A stretch of DNA of 64,000 nt from an uncultured Gammaproteobacteria bacterium (GCA_964645605.1 CAZYCE010000002.1:67256-131255); one strand, 5' to 3'; positions 9,601 to 19,334 are shown, counted from the first letter of the stretch. The notes: generated by a model not told the origin, from the sequence alone. Translations and numbers: made by a program.

Positions 9601-10684
9601 AAATCGATTTTACATCAAAATTGATACTAATTAATGTAGCATCGTCTTTAAGTTTCATTCTCGGAATCTTGGTAAAATCAGAGTCCGATTCCAATATTGA
9701 GGCACCCCGCATCAGAGGCGACTCATTTTCCGATGTCTCAAGACTTCCGACAAAATTCCGGACTGCAGTGCCCACGGAAGTGTCCTTTTCCATGTACGGC
9801 AAAATTGCCCCGTCAGAAAACATTAAAATCGAGCAAAGGTCGTCGTTTATAGGTATTGAATCCGTATAAATTAAATTATTACTGATCATTTCCACCATGC
9901 CATTCATAATTCCGCAACCGCCTACTTTGTTAGTTTTCCTATGAAATGATTCGATCAGTTGCCGACGCAATAGCTCCTTTGCTTCCGGGATACTTCTAAA
10001 TTTCGATAAATTAGAATTAAATTTTTCCGACAGTTCCCGGGCATAATCCATGGTTTCTTTATCAAATTTTTCATTCAGGTTTGGGGTAACTATCTTTACT
10101 GCTTTCTTTTGATCAACAACGGCAATAGCACAATCGGCAACTTGCGCAAGCGTAAGTCTTTTTTCCGAAATATCGACAAGTAAAAATGCCGCTGCCATCC
10201 CCGGAACTGAACATGCATCCGAATAGTCGATGCCCGGAACTTGCTTTAGTCTGGTGTGAATCCAGCTGTTCATGGCCATCATTGCGTCTTTTGCGGTCAA
10301 TTCCTGCCTTGTACACAATTCTTGACACTCAAGGCTTCCGGCAAAGTCCATAGAGGCCATATGCGAAATATAAAAAGCGCCGCTAATCCCGACATCGTCA
10401 AGTCCTTCTATTTTCTTTTGACTTGAAGCCCCGTCAAGCACCGCAAACAATGTTCTACCCTTTCCCATGGGAAGCACCGTATAAGAATCTTCATTTTTCT
10501 TTCCTTCAGCACCGGAGCCTAATGTTTCCATGTAGGCCGATCCAAAAGTATATTTCTCCGACTTTATATCGTGTTCCACTCGCGTCATATCTACATACCT
10601 CAGGAACGAGAACATGCGGCTCCGCATGGAAAGATCCCGGAGACTGTCGGTTTCGGAGTGGCTGGTTTTAATTTCTATTTCCAT
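9575..10684 (-). CDS. PP2C/PPM-like phosphatase domain protein
   Basis: NEDS, FAVLDGAS, AQVADC, MFSDG and DDATLI metal-binding motifs. Confidence 0.75.
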   Translation of the reverse strand: MEIEIKTSHSETDSLRDLSMRSRMFSFLRYVDMTRVEHDIKSEKYTFGSAYMETLGSGAEGKKNEDSYTVLPMGKGRTLFAVLDGASSQKKIEGLDDVGISGAFYISHMASMDFAGSLECQELCTRQELTAKDAMMAMNSWIHTRLKQVPGIDYSDACSVPGMAAAFLLVDISEKRLTLAQVADCAIAVVDQKKAVKIVTPNLNEKFDKETMDYARELSEKFNSNLSKFRSIPEAKELLRRQLIESFHRKTNKVGGCGIMNGMVEMISNNLIYTDSIPINDDLCSILMFSDGAILPYMEKDTSVGTAVRNFVGSLETSENESPLMRGASILESDSDFTKIPRMKLKDDATLISINFDVKSIYGEHLPKS

Positions 10685-10694
10685 GGTTAGAAAA

Positions 10695-11018
10695 CTAGAT
10701 TACCTTTTCTGCTTTCTTCATAGCGTTAAATGGCAAAGGGGCTTTATCGGGATCTCCGATGTATTCAGGAAAACCCGGAGCAGGTACTGCATTAACCAAA
10801 ATTTGTTCTTTGCCTCTGCTAAAGAGGGCCGCGTAGTGAACTCCGTTACCCTCGCTCGCTTCAGGGTAGACTAACACGCTTTTTTCGGCATCAGGAAAAT
10901 TATTGTTCACTTTTTCAATAATTTTAGTAACGGAATTCCGGCAATCGTTTGCTGCCGTCAAAGAGTCATCTTCCTGAAGAAGTTTTCTTACAAAACCGCC
11001 AATGTTCTCTATAGACAT
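10695..11018 (-). CDS. Hypothetical protein
   Basis: 107-aa ORF tightly packed between nagB and the PP2C gene, same strand. Confidence 0.7.
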   Translation of the reverse strand: MSIENIGGFVRKLLQEDDSLTAANDCRNSVTKIIEKVNNNFPDAEKSVLVYPEASEGNGVHYAALFSRGKEQILVNAVPAPGFPEYIGDPDKAPLPFNAMKKAEKVI

Positions 11019-11026
11019 TAGATTAG

Positions 11027-11824
11027 TTAATTCAGCCTATCAAGAAGGCTTCCCGCCCCCCGGTCAAGAATAAAGGTAACGGCCGGATGTAGTCTTAAAA
11101 ACGAGGCAGGGGCATCCTCACAAACATCCCCTTCTAAGACCTTTTTCATTCCCGCCGCTTTACCCGAACCTTTAGCTATTAGAATTATTCTCTTTGATTC
11201 CATTATGTCTGCGATTCCCTGTGTTATAGCCAAGTGGGGAACCTTGCTTTCGTCTCCGTCGAAAAATCTGGCATTCGCTTTAATAGTTTCGGAATCGATT
11301 CGAACCAACCTGGTTCTGGAATCAACTTTTGAACCGCGTTCGTTAAAGGCGATATGACAGGTAAGACCCGGTCCTATACCCAAAACGGTTAGATCGGAAG
11401 GCCCTATTTCTTTCAGGACTGATTGGTACCTGACCACTTCATCCTCCGGATCTTCAGCCGAAGAATCGGGAATGTGCCTATGGCTCGCGGGGATGTTGAC
11501 ATGATCAAAAAGATTATCCCGCATAAAACGATAATAGCTCTGTGGATGGTCCTTTGGCAACGGCCAGTATTCGTCGAGATTCTTTGTGATTACCTTGCTC
11601 ATATCCAGTTTTTTTTCGCGGTACGCTTCAATCATCAAACTATATAGGCCCAAAGGGGAGAATCCCGTGGCTAAGGTAAGTACTGCATCGGGTTTTCCGA
11701 GAATGGTATCAGCCATGATATCAAAGGCGTATTTATCAACCTCAGCACCTGAAGGCAACAAAACCACATCGGGCGAGGATACCTGAAGATTTTCTGACAG
11801 CGAACTCAAAAATTCGGATGTCAT
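11027..11824 (-). CDS. nagB: Glucosamine-6-phosphate deaminase
   Basis: LATGFSP, NLDEY, HPQSY, LGIG..HIAFNE, TQGI, KGSGKA and PASFLRLH motifs. Confidence 0.92.
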   Translation of the reverse strand: MTSEFLSSLSENLQVSSPDVVLLPSGAEVDKYAFDIMADTILGKPDAVLTLATGFSPLGLYSLMIEAYREKKLDMSKVITKNLDEYWPLPKDHPQSYYRFMRDNLFDHVNIPASHRHIPDSSAEDPEDEVVRYQSVLKEIGPSDLTVLGIGPGLTCHIAFNERGSKVDSRTRLVRIDSETIKANARFFDGDESKVPHLAITQGIADIMESKRIILIAKGSGKAAGMKKVLEGDVCEDAPASFLRLHPAVTFILDRGAGSLLDRLN

Positions 11825-11878
11825 ATAGTTATTAACTATCTATATCATTTTACACCCCTTATGCAAGCCGGTTGTCAA
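11825..11878 (-). promoter_or_regulatory. Putative nagB promoter with an operator-like palindrome
   Basis: TTGACA (11878-11873) and TAAAAT (11852-11847) with a long 20-nt spacer. A 7-1-7 inverted repeat atagtta-t-taactat (11825-11839) abuts the ATG. Confidence 0.45.
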
Positions 11879-11879
11879 T

Positions 11880-13655
11880 TTATTTCACAGTAACGGATTT
11901 TGCTAAATTTCTGGGTTTATCCGGATCTAAGCCTTTTTTTATCGTTAAATAATAGGCAAGAATTTGTGCCGCAACAATTTCCGGAATAATGGAAGCCTCT
12001 CCTGCATCGGCAATGTGTATATAATAATCAAACACCTCATGTGGCTTATAGGAAATACCTATAATATACCCTCCTCTGGCTCTCATTTCCATGGCACCTG
12101 CGAGATTTGCACCGTATGTTTCATCATTGGGTAGAAAGCTAATGCAAGGTGTTCCCTTTTCTACAAGTGCCAGAGGACCGTGTTTTAGCTCGCCTGCCGC
12201 CAAACCTTCAGCGTGAATATATGAAACTTCTTTTATTTTTAGGGCTGTCTCTAAACTTGCCGGATAAGAAAGGCCCCGCCCAATTACGTAAATATGATCC
12301 TTGTTTACGATTTTAGATGCCAAGAGGTCAATTTTTTTCAAAGATTTCGGTGAAAGTACTTCCTTAACTGAGGCTACTGAAGCCATAAGCGCTTTCCTGC
12401 CTTCCTCCACCCCACCATTAAGTGAATTAGCCAAAAGTATAAGATGGGATAGCATCCCCGTCAGAGCTTTGGTGGAAGCAACTGCTCTTTCCTGTCCGGC
12501 ACCAATCAGCATTTTGTAGTCTGAAAGTCTATAAAGTGAAGATCCAGGAACATTGACTAAACCCAATATTTTTGCCCCCTTATCCTTTGCTTTTTTTACG
12601 GACTCGAGGATATCCATGGTCTCGCCCGACTGAGAAATCGCTATCACGAGACTGTCTTTATTTAAAAAATCAAGACTGTACCCAAACTCGCTGCCGATTG
12701 CCCAATTTACATGCCTTTTGGCAATCTTCGAGAAAAGATAGGAACCCGCCAAACAAGCATAAGAAGCCGTCCCGCAACCTACCAAATATGTTCCCCGTGC
12801 ATTTTTAATTATTTTGGCAATTCTTTCCGTCTGAGCGGATGCCGAAATGGCAATGTCTCCCATGATTTGAGGCTGTTCAAAAATTTCTTTGAGCATAAAG
12901 TGTTCATATTTTCCTTTTTTATCCACATCAACCTTCCAATCTAGTTTTTGAATATGCGGAATTATCTTTTTGCCGGTTTTAACATTTAAAATTGTCACTT
13001 TATCGGGTGAAAGAATTGCCATTTCATTGTCTTCAAGAAAATAGATTTCCTTTGTATAGCTAATAAGCGAAGAGGCGTCGCTTGCAAGGAAATTTTCATT
13101 TTTACCGTATCCTATTGCCAGGGGTGATCCGTTTCTGGCGGCTATAATTAAATTTTCCTTTGCGCTTACCGCAATTATGGCATTAAGCCCTTCCATCCGA
13201 TTAAAAGTTTTTCTTACAGACTCAACAAAAGTCCCGGTTTTGGAATAATCCTCAATTAGATGAGAAAGCGTCTCCGTGTCTGTTTCGGAGGTAAACTTAT
13301 GACCATTTGTAAGTAATTCTTTTTTTATACCCTCGTAATTCTCAAAAATTCCATTATGAATAACAGCAACTGTTTTTGTACAATCAAGAAGGGGATGGGC
13401 ATTAGCTTCCGTCACTCCTCCGTGTGTTGCCCAACGCGTATGGCCGAATGATAAATGGCTCTTAGGGAGGTTGTCGACATTGGCATTTCCGATTTTCCCG
13501 ATCCTCTTTTTGACTACAATTTTGCTTTCTTTACCAATGGGGATAACCCCGACTCCCCAGCTATCATACCCACGATATTCAAGGCTTTTCAGACCCTTAA
13601 AAACAATGCTCTGTCCGTTATCTTTGTAGCCGATATATCCGAATATTCCGCACAT
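11880..13655 (-). CDS. glmS: Glutamine--fructose-6-phosphate aminotransferase
   Basis: MCGI, LEYRGYDS, GHTRWATHG, HNG, SQSGET, ELKHGP and PRNLAKSVT motifs. Confidence 0.98.
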   Translation of the reverse strand: MCGIFGYIGYKDNGQSIVFKGLKSLEYRGYDSWGVGVIPIGKESKIVVKKRIGKIGNANVDNLPKSHLSFGHTRWATHGGVTEANAHPLLDCTKTVAVIHNGIFENYEGIKKELLTNGHKFTSETDTETLSHLIEDYSKTGTFVESVRKTFNRMEGLNAIIAVSAKENLIIAARNGSPLAIGYGKNENFLASDASSLISYTKEIYFLEDNEMAILSPDKVTILNVKTGKKIIPHIQKLDWKVDVDKKGKYEHFMLKEIFEQPQIMGDIAISASAQTERIAKIIKNARGTYLVGCGTASYACLAGSYLFSKIAKRHVNWAIGSEFGYSLDFLNKDSLVIAISQSGETMDILESVKKAKDKGAKILGLVNVPGSSLYRLSDYKMLIGAGQERAVASTKALTGMLSHLILLANSLNGGVEEGRKALMASVASVKEVLSPKSLKKIDLLASKIVNKDHIYVIGRGLSYPASLETALKIKEVSYIHAEGLAAGELKHGPLALVEKGTPCISFLPNDETYGANLAGAMEMRARGGYIIGISYKPHEVFDYYIHIADAGEASIIPEIVAAQILAYYLTIKKGLDPDKPRNLAKSVTVK

Positions 13656-13666
13656 ATTTTGAGTAA

Positions 13667-14683
13667 TTAATCTGCCGAGTTGAGAGAATCCACCACCTTT
13701 AAAATGGCTTTACGGAGTTTATTGGAATCATGCCTGATAATGCTGCGGAAAAGCTTGTCGCCTTTCTCTTTTTTGGGTAGCTTGTCAGACAAAAGATCTG
13801 TCCGAATTATGCGAACATTCGGATTGACTTGACCTATTTTTAAATCATCTTCGATGGGAAAATTATCCATTTCCGCATAAGCTCTTAGGGCAGCTTTGGG
13901 ATAGTTCGTATTATTATTAACCAAAACGTAATCAAAGAGCGTGAGAGGCATGTATTTTTTGAGATCTTCAAAAAAATCAGACAGAGAATAGTAGGGAGTT
14001 TCACTCATGGAATTCATTAGATTGCCGATAAACATAATTTTTCCTTTTGTATTATTGAGTGCTCCGACTACCCCATCCACAACCAAGTCTGCAATCGTGT
14101 TTGTATAAAAACCTCCGGGACCGATAATTATCAGATCGGCATCAAGAATTGCTTTTTCCGCTTCTTTGTTTATTTTTGCTTTTGGCGTCGTTGTCAAATT
14201 TTTAATTCTGCTGCCGGGATATTTGGGAACGTCTATATTATGTTCGCCTATCACCTTTTTACCGTTTTCATACTCCGCAACCAACCTCACATTGTCATAG
14301 CTAATCGGAAAAATATCTCCTCTTACCTGCAATAGACGACATGTTTCCTCTATCCCTTTTTTCTGGGATCCCATTATGTCGGCCATTGCCGCCATAAACA
14401 AATTACCGAAAGTCATTCCGTCTAATCCCTTGCCGCCTTTACTGTATCGATAAGTAAAAAGTTTCCGGAGCACTGTCTTATTTTCGGAAAGTGCCACTAT
14501 CGCTTGCCTAATCCCGGATGTCGGTAAAAGACCAAACTCGTCACGGATTATGCGATTTGATCCTCCGTCATCAACCATTGTCATAAGCATTGTTATGTGT
14601 ACCGGGGCGGAGCTTAAACCGGAAGCAACAACATAAGAGCCTGTTCCTCCCCCGATGATCACAATTTCAGGAATTTTATTCAT
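13667..14683 (-). CDS. yvcK: YvcK/GlmR (UPF0052) family protein
   Basis: IGGGTG, DDGGS, GNLF, GEHNID, IGPG..YT and IRHD motifs. Confidence 0.9.
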   Translation of the reverse strand: MNKIPEIVIIGGGTGSYVVASGLSSAPVHITMLMTMVDDGGSNRIIRDEFGLLPTSGIRQAIVALSENKTVLRKLFTYRYSKGGKGLDGMTFGNLFMAAMADIMGSQKKGIEETCRLLQVRGDIFPISYDNVRLVAEYENGKKVIGEHNIDVPKYPGSRIKNLTTTPKAKINKEAEKAILDADLIIIGPGGFYTNTIADLVVDGVVGALNNTKGKIMFIGNLMNSMSETPYYSLSDFFEDLKKYMPLTLFDYVLVNNNTNYPKAALRAYAEMDNFPIEDDLKIGQVNPNVRIIRTDLLSDKLPKKEKGDKLFRSIIRHDSNKLRKAILKVVDSLNSAD

Positions 14684-15932
14684 TTTTTTCTAAGATTTCG
14701 GCCCCTAGAGATTTTAATCTTTCAGCAATATTTTCATACCCTCTGGCAACTACTTCAACATTTTCTATTTCACTCCGGCCCTCCGCGCAAAGGGCGGCTA
14801 AAATTACCGAGATACCCGCCCTAATATCTTTGCAGAATAGTCTATCACTCATAAGAGGGGTTGCTCCGCTAACTATTACGCGATGAGGGTCGGCTATAAA
14901 TATCTTCGCCCCCATAGAAATTAGGTCGTCAACAAAAAACATTCTCCATTCATACATCCAGTCATGACAGACAACTGTTCCTTCAGTCTGTGTTGCCAAA
15001 ACAATAAAAGGACTCATCAAATCTGTCGGAAAACCCGGCCATGGACGTGTCTGGAACTTTCCCCTGGTGGAAACAAGCTTTGACGGCAAAACCATTAAAG
15101 AATGGTCGGTTTGTTTAAAGTTCACACCCATATACCTCAAATAATTCATAATCATCGGGTAACGCCCGGCGTCAAAATCTTCAATTTCCACTTTTCCTCC
15201 GGTTATGGCTGCGGCAATGGCAAAAGTACCGCCCTCAATATGATCCGGGCAAATTTTATGTTTAACGCCCCTAAGTTTATCTCCTTTGATTCGCAGGACA
15301 TTAGATCCGATTCCATCGATGTGTGCGCCCATTTCTACAAGCATTTCAGCCAAATTGGTTACATGAGGTTCTGTTGCGGCATCCTCAATGGTAATGCCTG
15401 AAGAAAGTGACGAGGCCATCATAAGTCCCATCTCGGTCGCGGTAACTGAAGGCTCATCAAGAAATACATTTACAGGTTTTCGTTTCTTCCAATCAAGGTA
15501 AAATCTGCCGTCTTTACGTCTAATTTCAACGCCCATTCTTTGCATCATGGCGAAATGGGTATCCAAGAGCCTTTCTCCAATTTGATCGCCCCCGGGAGGG
15601 GTAACAATTGTTTTGCCAAACTTGACCAAAAGAGGAGCCGCCAAAACGACCGACGCTCTGAATCTTGAGGCCAAATCGGGATCAGGGTCAAACGAGTTAA
15701 GCCCCCGTGGATCTATGGTAATTTCATGATCACGCTTTTCAACCTTCACTCCGAGACGGGAGATCATATCAAGCATCACTGCCACATCGGAAATATCGGG
15801 CACGTTTGTTAGTACCGTTGGGGAATCTGCCAGAAGCGCTGCCGGGATTAACTTTAAAGCCGAGTTTTTGTTGCCGGACAGTTTGATTGCGCCTTCAAGC
15901 TTGTTTCCGCCCTGCACAATAAATTTCGACAT
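14676..15932 (-). CDS. murA: UDP-N-acetylglucosamine 1-carboxyvinyltransferase (Asp variant)
   Basis: GNKNSAL, RASV, PGGDQIGER, SVTATE, PGFPTD, DIRAG and RGYE motifs. Confidence 0.96.
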   Translation of the reverse strand: MSKFIVQGGNKLEGAIKLSGNKNSALKLIPAALLADSPTVLTNVPDISDVAVMLDMISRLGVKVEKRDHEITIDPRGLNSFDPDPDLASRFRASVVLAAPLLVKFGKTIVTPPGGDQIGERLLDTHFAMMQRMGVEIRRKDGRFYLDWKKRKPVNVFLDEPSVTATEMGLMMASSLSSGITIEDAATEPHVTNLAEMLVEMGAHIDGIGSNVLRIKGDKLRGVKHKICPDHIEGGTFAIAAAITGGKVEIEDFDAGRYPMIMNYLRYMGVNFKQTDHSLMVLPSKLVSTRGKFQTRPWPGFPTDLMSPFIVLATQTEGTVVCHDWMYEWRMFFVDDLISMGAKIFIADPHRVIVSGATPLMSDRLFCKDIRAGISVILAALCAEGRSEIENVEVVARGYENIAERLKSLGAEILEKNE

Positions 15933-15951
15933 TCTGATAATTGGTATTGTA

Positions 15952-17661
15952 TCACCTATCAGGCGCTATCCCAAAATAGGGGAAAAGATCTTTTGCAATC
16001 AAATACCAGGTTGGAGCCGCTGTTTCCGCTGCCCAGGGGGAAGCTTGAGGCGAGTTTAGAGTAACAAGCATAACAAATTTAGGGTTAACGGCAGGTGCAA
16101 AACCTATAAATGAATGGTTGGTGTTATTTTCATCATAATGCCCTTCAACTGCAATTTGGGCGGTGCCGGTTTTTCCCGCTATAGCATACCCGGGAATCTT
16201 GCACCACTTCGCCTCACCACTATTGGCGGCCTCAACCATCATTTGCGTCATTTCTGAAGCCGCCTTCTGACTGATTATCCTGGTTGGGGCATCCGACTCT
16301 ACTTTTTCTTTCCAGCCTTCGCCATTAACAAAATCCACAACCCTGGGGGTAACAAGGTAGCCTCCATTGGCTATAACAGAAACGGCCCTTATCATCTGTA
16401 TTCCGGTTACGGCAATTCCTTGGCCAAAACTGGCTGTAGCCAGATCTACTTCGTTCCATGTCCCCTTTTGTCTAAGTTTTGAAGGTGTTTCACCTTGCAA
16501 ATCTATACCGGTTTTTTGCCCAAAACCGAATTTGTATAGATAATCGTATAGCCTGTCAGCGCCTAGTTTTTGTCCGACAAATGACATTCCCACATTGTCG
16601 GACTGCACTATCACGTCGGTCATAGATATGTTGGGTGTGTATTTATCATTCCAGGTTTTGATGAAGTATTTATCAAGCTTTAGAGCACTTCCACAAATAT
16701 CACAGGGGGTATCAGGTTTAACAACGCCGGCATCAAGCCCCGAGGCCATAATTACAACTTTAAGAATCGATCCGGGTTCGAAAGTGTCTGTGATAACCGG
16801 GTTTTTAAAAAGCGAGTCCGAATAGGAACTGTAATTTGAGGGATTAAACGAAGGTAAACTGGCCATGGCCAGAATTTTACCCGTCTTAGGATCCATTATG
16901 GTCACGCTCCCGCCTTTTGCCTGATATTTCTCAATTCCTTCGGCAAGCCCTCTTTCCGCTACAATCTGGGCTCTTTTATCGATATTGGTCAGAAGATCTA
17001 CTCCGGAAATTGCCGAAACCTCAGTGGTACCCCCCATAAGCAGAGGTGAGCCCTTTGCGTCCCGTTCTCCGCCAATAAACCCCGATTTTCCGCTTAGGGG
17101 AAGATTGTAGTATCCCTCCAGGCCAAAATAACCTATATCGTTTCCGTCGCTATCTTTACCCACAAAGCCCAATATTTGTGCAGCCGACGAAGCTTCCGGA
17201 TAAAACGAATCCTCCACGGAATCAAACCCGATTCCTTTCAAATCAAGAGCCTCGATGTTTCTTTTGACCCGGTCATCAACTTTCGACCTAAGTAAAACCC
17301 AACTGACGTCTTTCTCCAAAAGAGTACGAATTCTATCTCTTTCCTGAGACAAAGTTGCTTCATCAATTTCTCCATCCACAAGAATAGGAGTTATCTTTTT
17401 TGACATTTCGGAGGCAGATATATCCATTATGCGGGGATTGGCCCAAACGTTCCAGGCAGGTATTCTGGCAACCCAAGGAGTTCCGTCAGAGGCTAAAATA
17501 TTGCCGCGGGGAGCGGAAGTAACGGTTGAGGTGTTGTGTTGATTTTTAGCTTGATCGGCAAGGGATTTTCCTTCGACAACCTGCCAATAAAAAAGCCTTA
17601 CCGCCAGTGCCAAGAAAAGAAGTATAAAAAATACTGAAAGAACTCGTATTCTGGCAAACAT
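15952..17661 (-). CDS. ftsI: Class B penicillin-binding protein (FtsI/PBP2 family)
   Basis: N-terminal TM, PRGNI, GLEG, EPGSILK (SxxK), SDN and KTGT motifs. Confidence 0.93.
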   Translation of the reverse strand: MFARIRVLSVFFILLFLALAVRLFYWQVVEGKSLADQAKNQHNTSTVTSAPRGNILASDGTPWVARIPAWNVWANPRIMDISASEMSKKITPILVDGEIDEATLSQERDRIRTLLEKDVSWVLLRSKVDDRVKRNIEALDLKGIGFDSVEDSFYPEASSAAQILGFVGKDSDGNDIGYFGLEGYYNLPLSGKSGFIGGERDAKGSPLLMGGTTEVSAISGVDLLTNIDKRAQIVAERGLAEGIEKYQAKGGSVTIMDPKTGKILAMASLPSFNPSNYSSYSDSLFKNPVITDTFEPGSILKVVIMASGLDAGVVKPDTPCDICGSALKLDKYFIKTWNDKYTPNISMTDVIVQSDNVGMSFVGQKLGADRLYDYLYKFGFGQKTGIDLQGETPSKLRQKGTWNEVDLATASFGQGIAVTGIQMIRAVSVIANGGYLVTPRVVDFVNGEGWKEKVESDAPTRIISQKAASEMTQMMVEAANSGEAKWCKIPGYAIAGKTGTAQIAVEGHYDENNTNHSFIGFAPAVNPKFVMLVTLNSPQASPWAAETAAPTWYLIAKDLFPYFGIAPDR

Positions 17662-17662
17662 A

Positions 17663-17995
17663 TTAAGGAAGTTGGGCTACGGTCTCCTTAGATCCTGAAA
17701 CGTATATCGTATCAGACGGTTCTACGTAACCAAGCTGTACACTTTTTTCTTCAAGATCACTCAAGGACAGTGATTTAACCAGAATATTTTCCAAATTTCT
17801 CTTTTCCGCCTCAAGTTCGCTTTGTTTTTCTCTTAGGCTGGCAACCTCCACCCCTGAACTGGCCGTTTCAACAGTCATAATAACGGATGAGATTGCAAAA
17901 ATTCCTCCAAAACCAAGAAGTACATATTTAATAATACTTCTTTTTTCAGTTTTTATAGTTTTATGTTGTCTTATCAAATTTGTTCTTTTCATCAT
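17663..17995 (-). CDS. ftsL: FtsL-like cell division protein
   Basis: Basic N-terminus, one TM, coiled coil and LGY motif; canonical position between rsmH and ftsI. Confidence 0.65.
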   Translation of the reverse strand: MMKRTNLIRQHKTIKTEKRSIIKYVLLGFGGIFAISSVIMTVETASSGVEVASLREKQSELEAEKRNLENILVKSLSLSDLEEKSVQLGYVEPSDTIYVSGSKETVAQLP

Positions 17996-17999
17996 ATTG

Positions 18000-18878
18000 T
18001 TATTTTTCTAAAACCCGCATTTTTGCACTTCTTGCCCTCCTGTTCGCCTCAAGTTCCTCGGGCCCCGCACCAATTGGCTTAAATGTAATCATTTTGGCTC
18101 CCTTTTCTCCCATTTCTCTAAAAAAGTTTTTAACTAATACATCTTCTTTAGAGTGAAAGCTTATTACGACCAGTCTTCCACCCTTTTTAAGAAGTCCGTA
18201 TGCCTTAGGTAAAACCTCTTCTAAGTTGTTAAGTTCGCTATTGACCGCAATCCTGACTGCCAAAAAAGGCAAGGTTGCCTCATTATTGCTGTACCTGCCT
18301 GTCCTCAAACCCTGACTTATCTCTAAAAGATCACCTACATTCTCGATAGGTTTTTCTTCTCTTGAATGAATAACCCGTCCGGTAATCCATTTAGCTGCCC
18401 CGGGATCGAGTGTAATTTCAAAAAGATCCCTCAGTTGATCCTCTCTTAGTACATTTAAAAGATCTGATCCTTTAACCCCTTGGGTTTCCGGGTCCATTCT
18501 CATATCGAGAGGAGCCTCCGAATTTTCAAAAGAAAAACCTCTTTCGGAATCCTTAAGATGTAAATTTGTAACACCGAGGTCGAATAGAATCCCATCAGCC
18601 GGGATCCAGTCATTTTCCTGGGCAATTTTATCTATACTGATAAAATTGGCGTTAACCAGCTTGTAATCTCTGTACTTTTCCTCGCCTAAACGTTCTTCCG
18701 CAATATCAAGCATCTTTGGATCAATCTCAATTCCCAAGACTTTTCCTCCTGCTTTTAATATTTCCAGTGAATGTCCGCCGTTTCCAAGCGTTGCGTCAAT
18801 ATATTTGCCGCCTTTTTCAATGTGCAAAGCTTCAACTACCTCCTGAGCTAGTACCGTCTCGTGATATTTACTTTTCAT
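18000..18878 (-). CDS. rsmH: 16S rRNA m4C1402 methyltransferase
   Basis: HETVL, DATLGNGGHS, FDLG, PLDMRM, RIAVN, ISFHSKED and RARSAKMR motifs. Confidence 0.97.
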   Translation of the reverse strand: MKSKYHETVLAQEVVEALHIEKGGKYIDATLGNGGHSLEILKAGGKVLGIEIDPKMLDIAEERLGEEKYRDYKLVNANFISIDKIAQENDWIPADGILFDLGVTNLHLKDSERGFSFENSEAPLDMRMDPETQGVKGSDLLNVLREDQLRDLFEITLDPGAAKWITGRVIHSREEKPIENVGDLLEISQGLRTGRYSNNEATLPFLAVRIAVNSELNNLEEVLPKAYGLLKKGGRLVVISFHSKEDVLVKNFFREMGEKGAKMITFKPIGAGPEELEANRRARSAKMRVLEK

Positions 18879-19305
18879 TTCTCTTTGCCAGATCTTCTAT
18901 ATATTTGGCTGCTCCCTCGCTTACCTCCTTCTCCCGAGCCTCCCAAATTTCTTTATTCCAAATCTCAACCCTATCTCCAACTCCTAAAAAGTAAACCTGA
19001 GATCCCAATTTCGCATAATCCATGAGTCTGTCCGGAATAACGATTCTTCCTTGTTCGTCCGGAACAACCTCGTAAGATGATGCATAAATGAAATGCTCCG
19101 TCTTTCTTACGGGCTCAATTATCGTTCTTTCTTTACCCGTAACCCTTCCTAAAAGTGTATTTAAAGAGCTTTTAGCCACCAGCACCAAACATTCTTCATA
19201 CCACTGCGACAATACCAATTCTTTTCCAAGATTTTCGCGAAAAACAGAAGGGATGGATATTCTTTTCCCTGAAGTCACACTTACCAAATATGTTCCTAAA
19301 AACAT
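18868..19305 (-). CDS. mraZ: Transcriptional regulator MraZ
   Basis: MFLG, KRISIP, DEQGRIVIP and GVGDRVEIW motifs; first gene of the dcw cluster. Confidence 0.95.
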   Translation of the reverse strand: MFLGTYLVSVTSGKRISIPSVFRENLGKELVLSQWYEECLVLVAKSSLNTLLGRVTGKERTIIEPVRKTEHFIYASSYEVVPDEQGRIVIPDRLMDYAKLGSQVYFLGVGDRVEIWNKEIWEAREKEVSEGAAKYIEDLAKRNEK

Positions 19306-19334
19306 TTTTTTTCATCTGGGCAGATGTGTTGAGT

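Noticed and set aside
13656-13666. glmS ribozyme
   Set aside because: Only 11 nt separate yvcK and glmS, leaving no room
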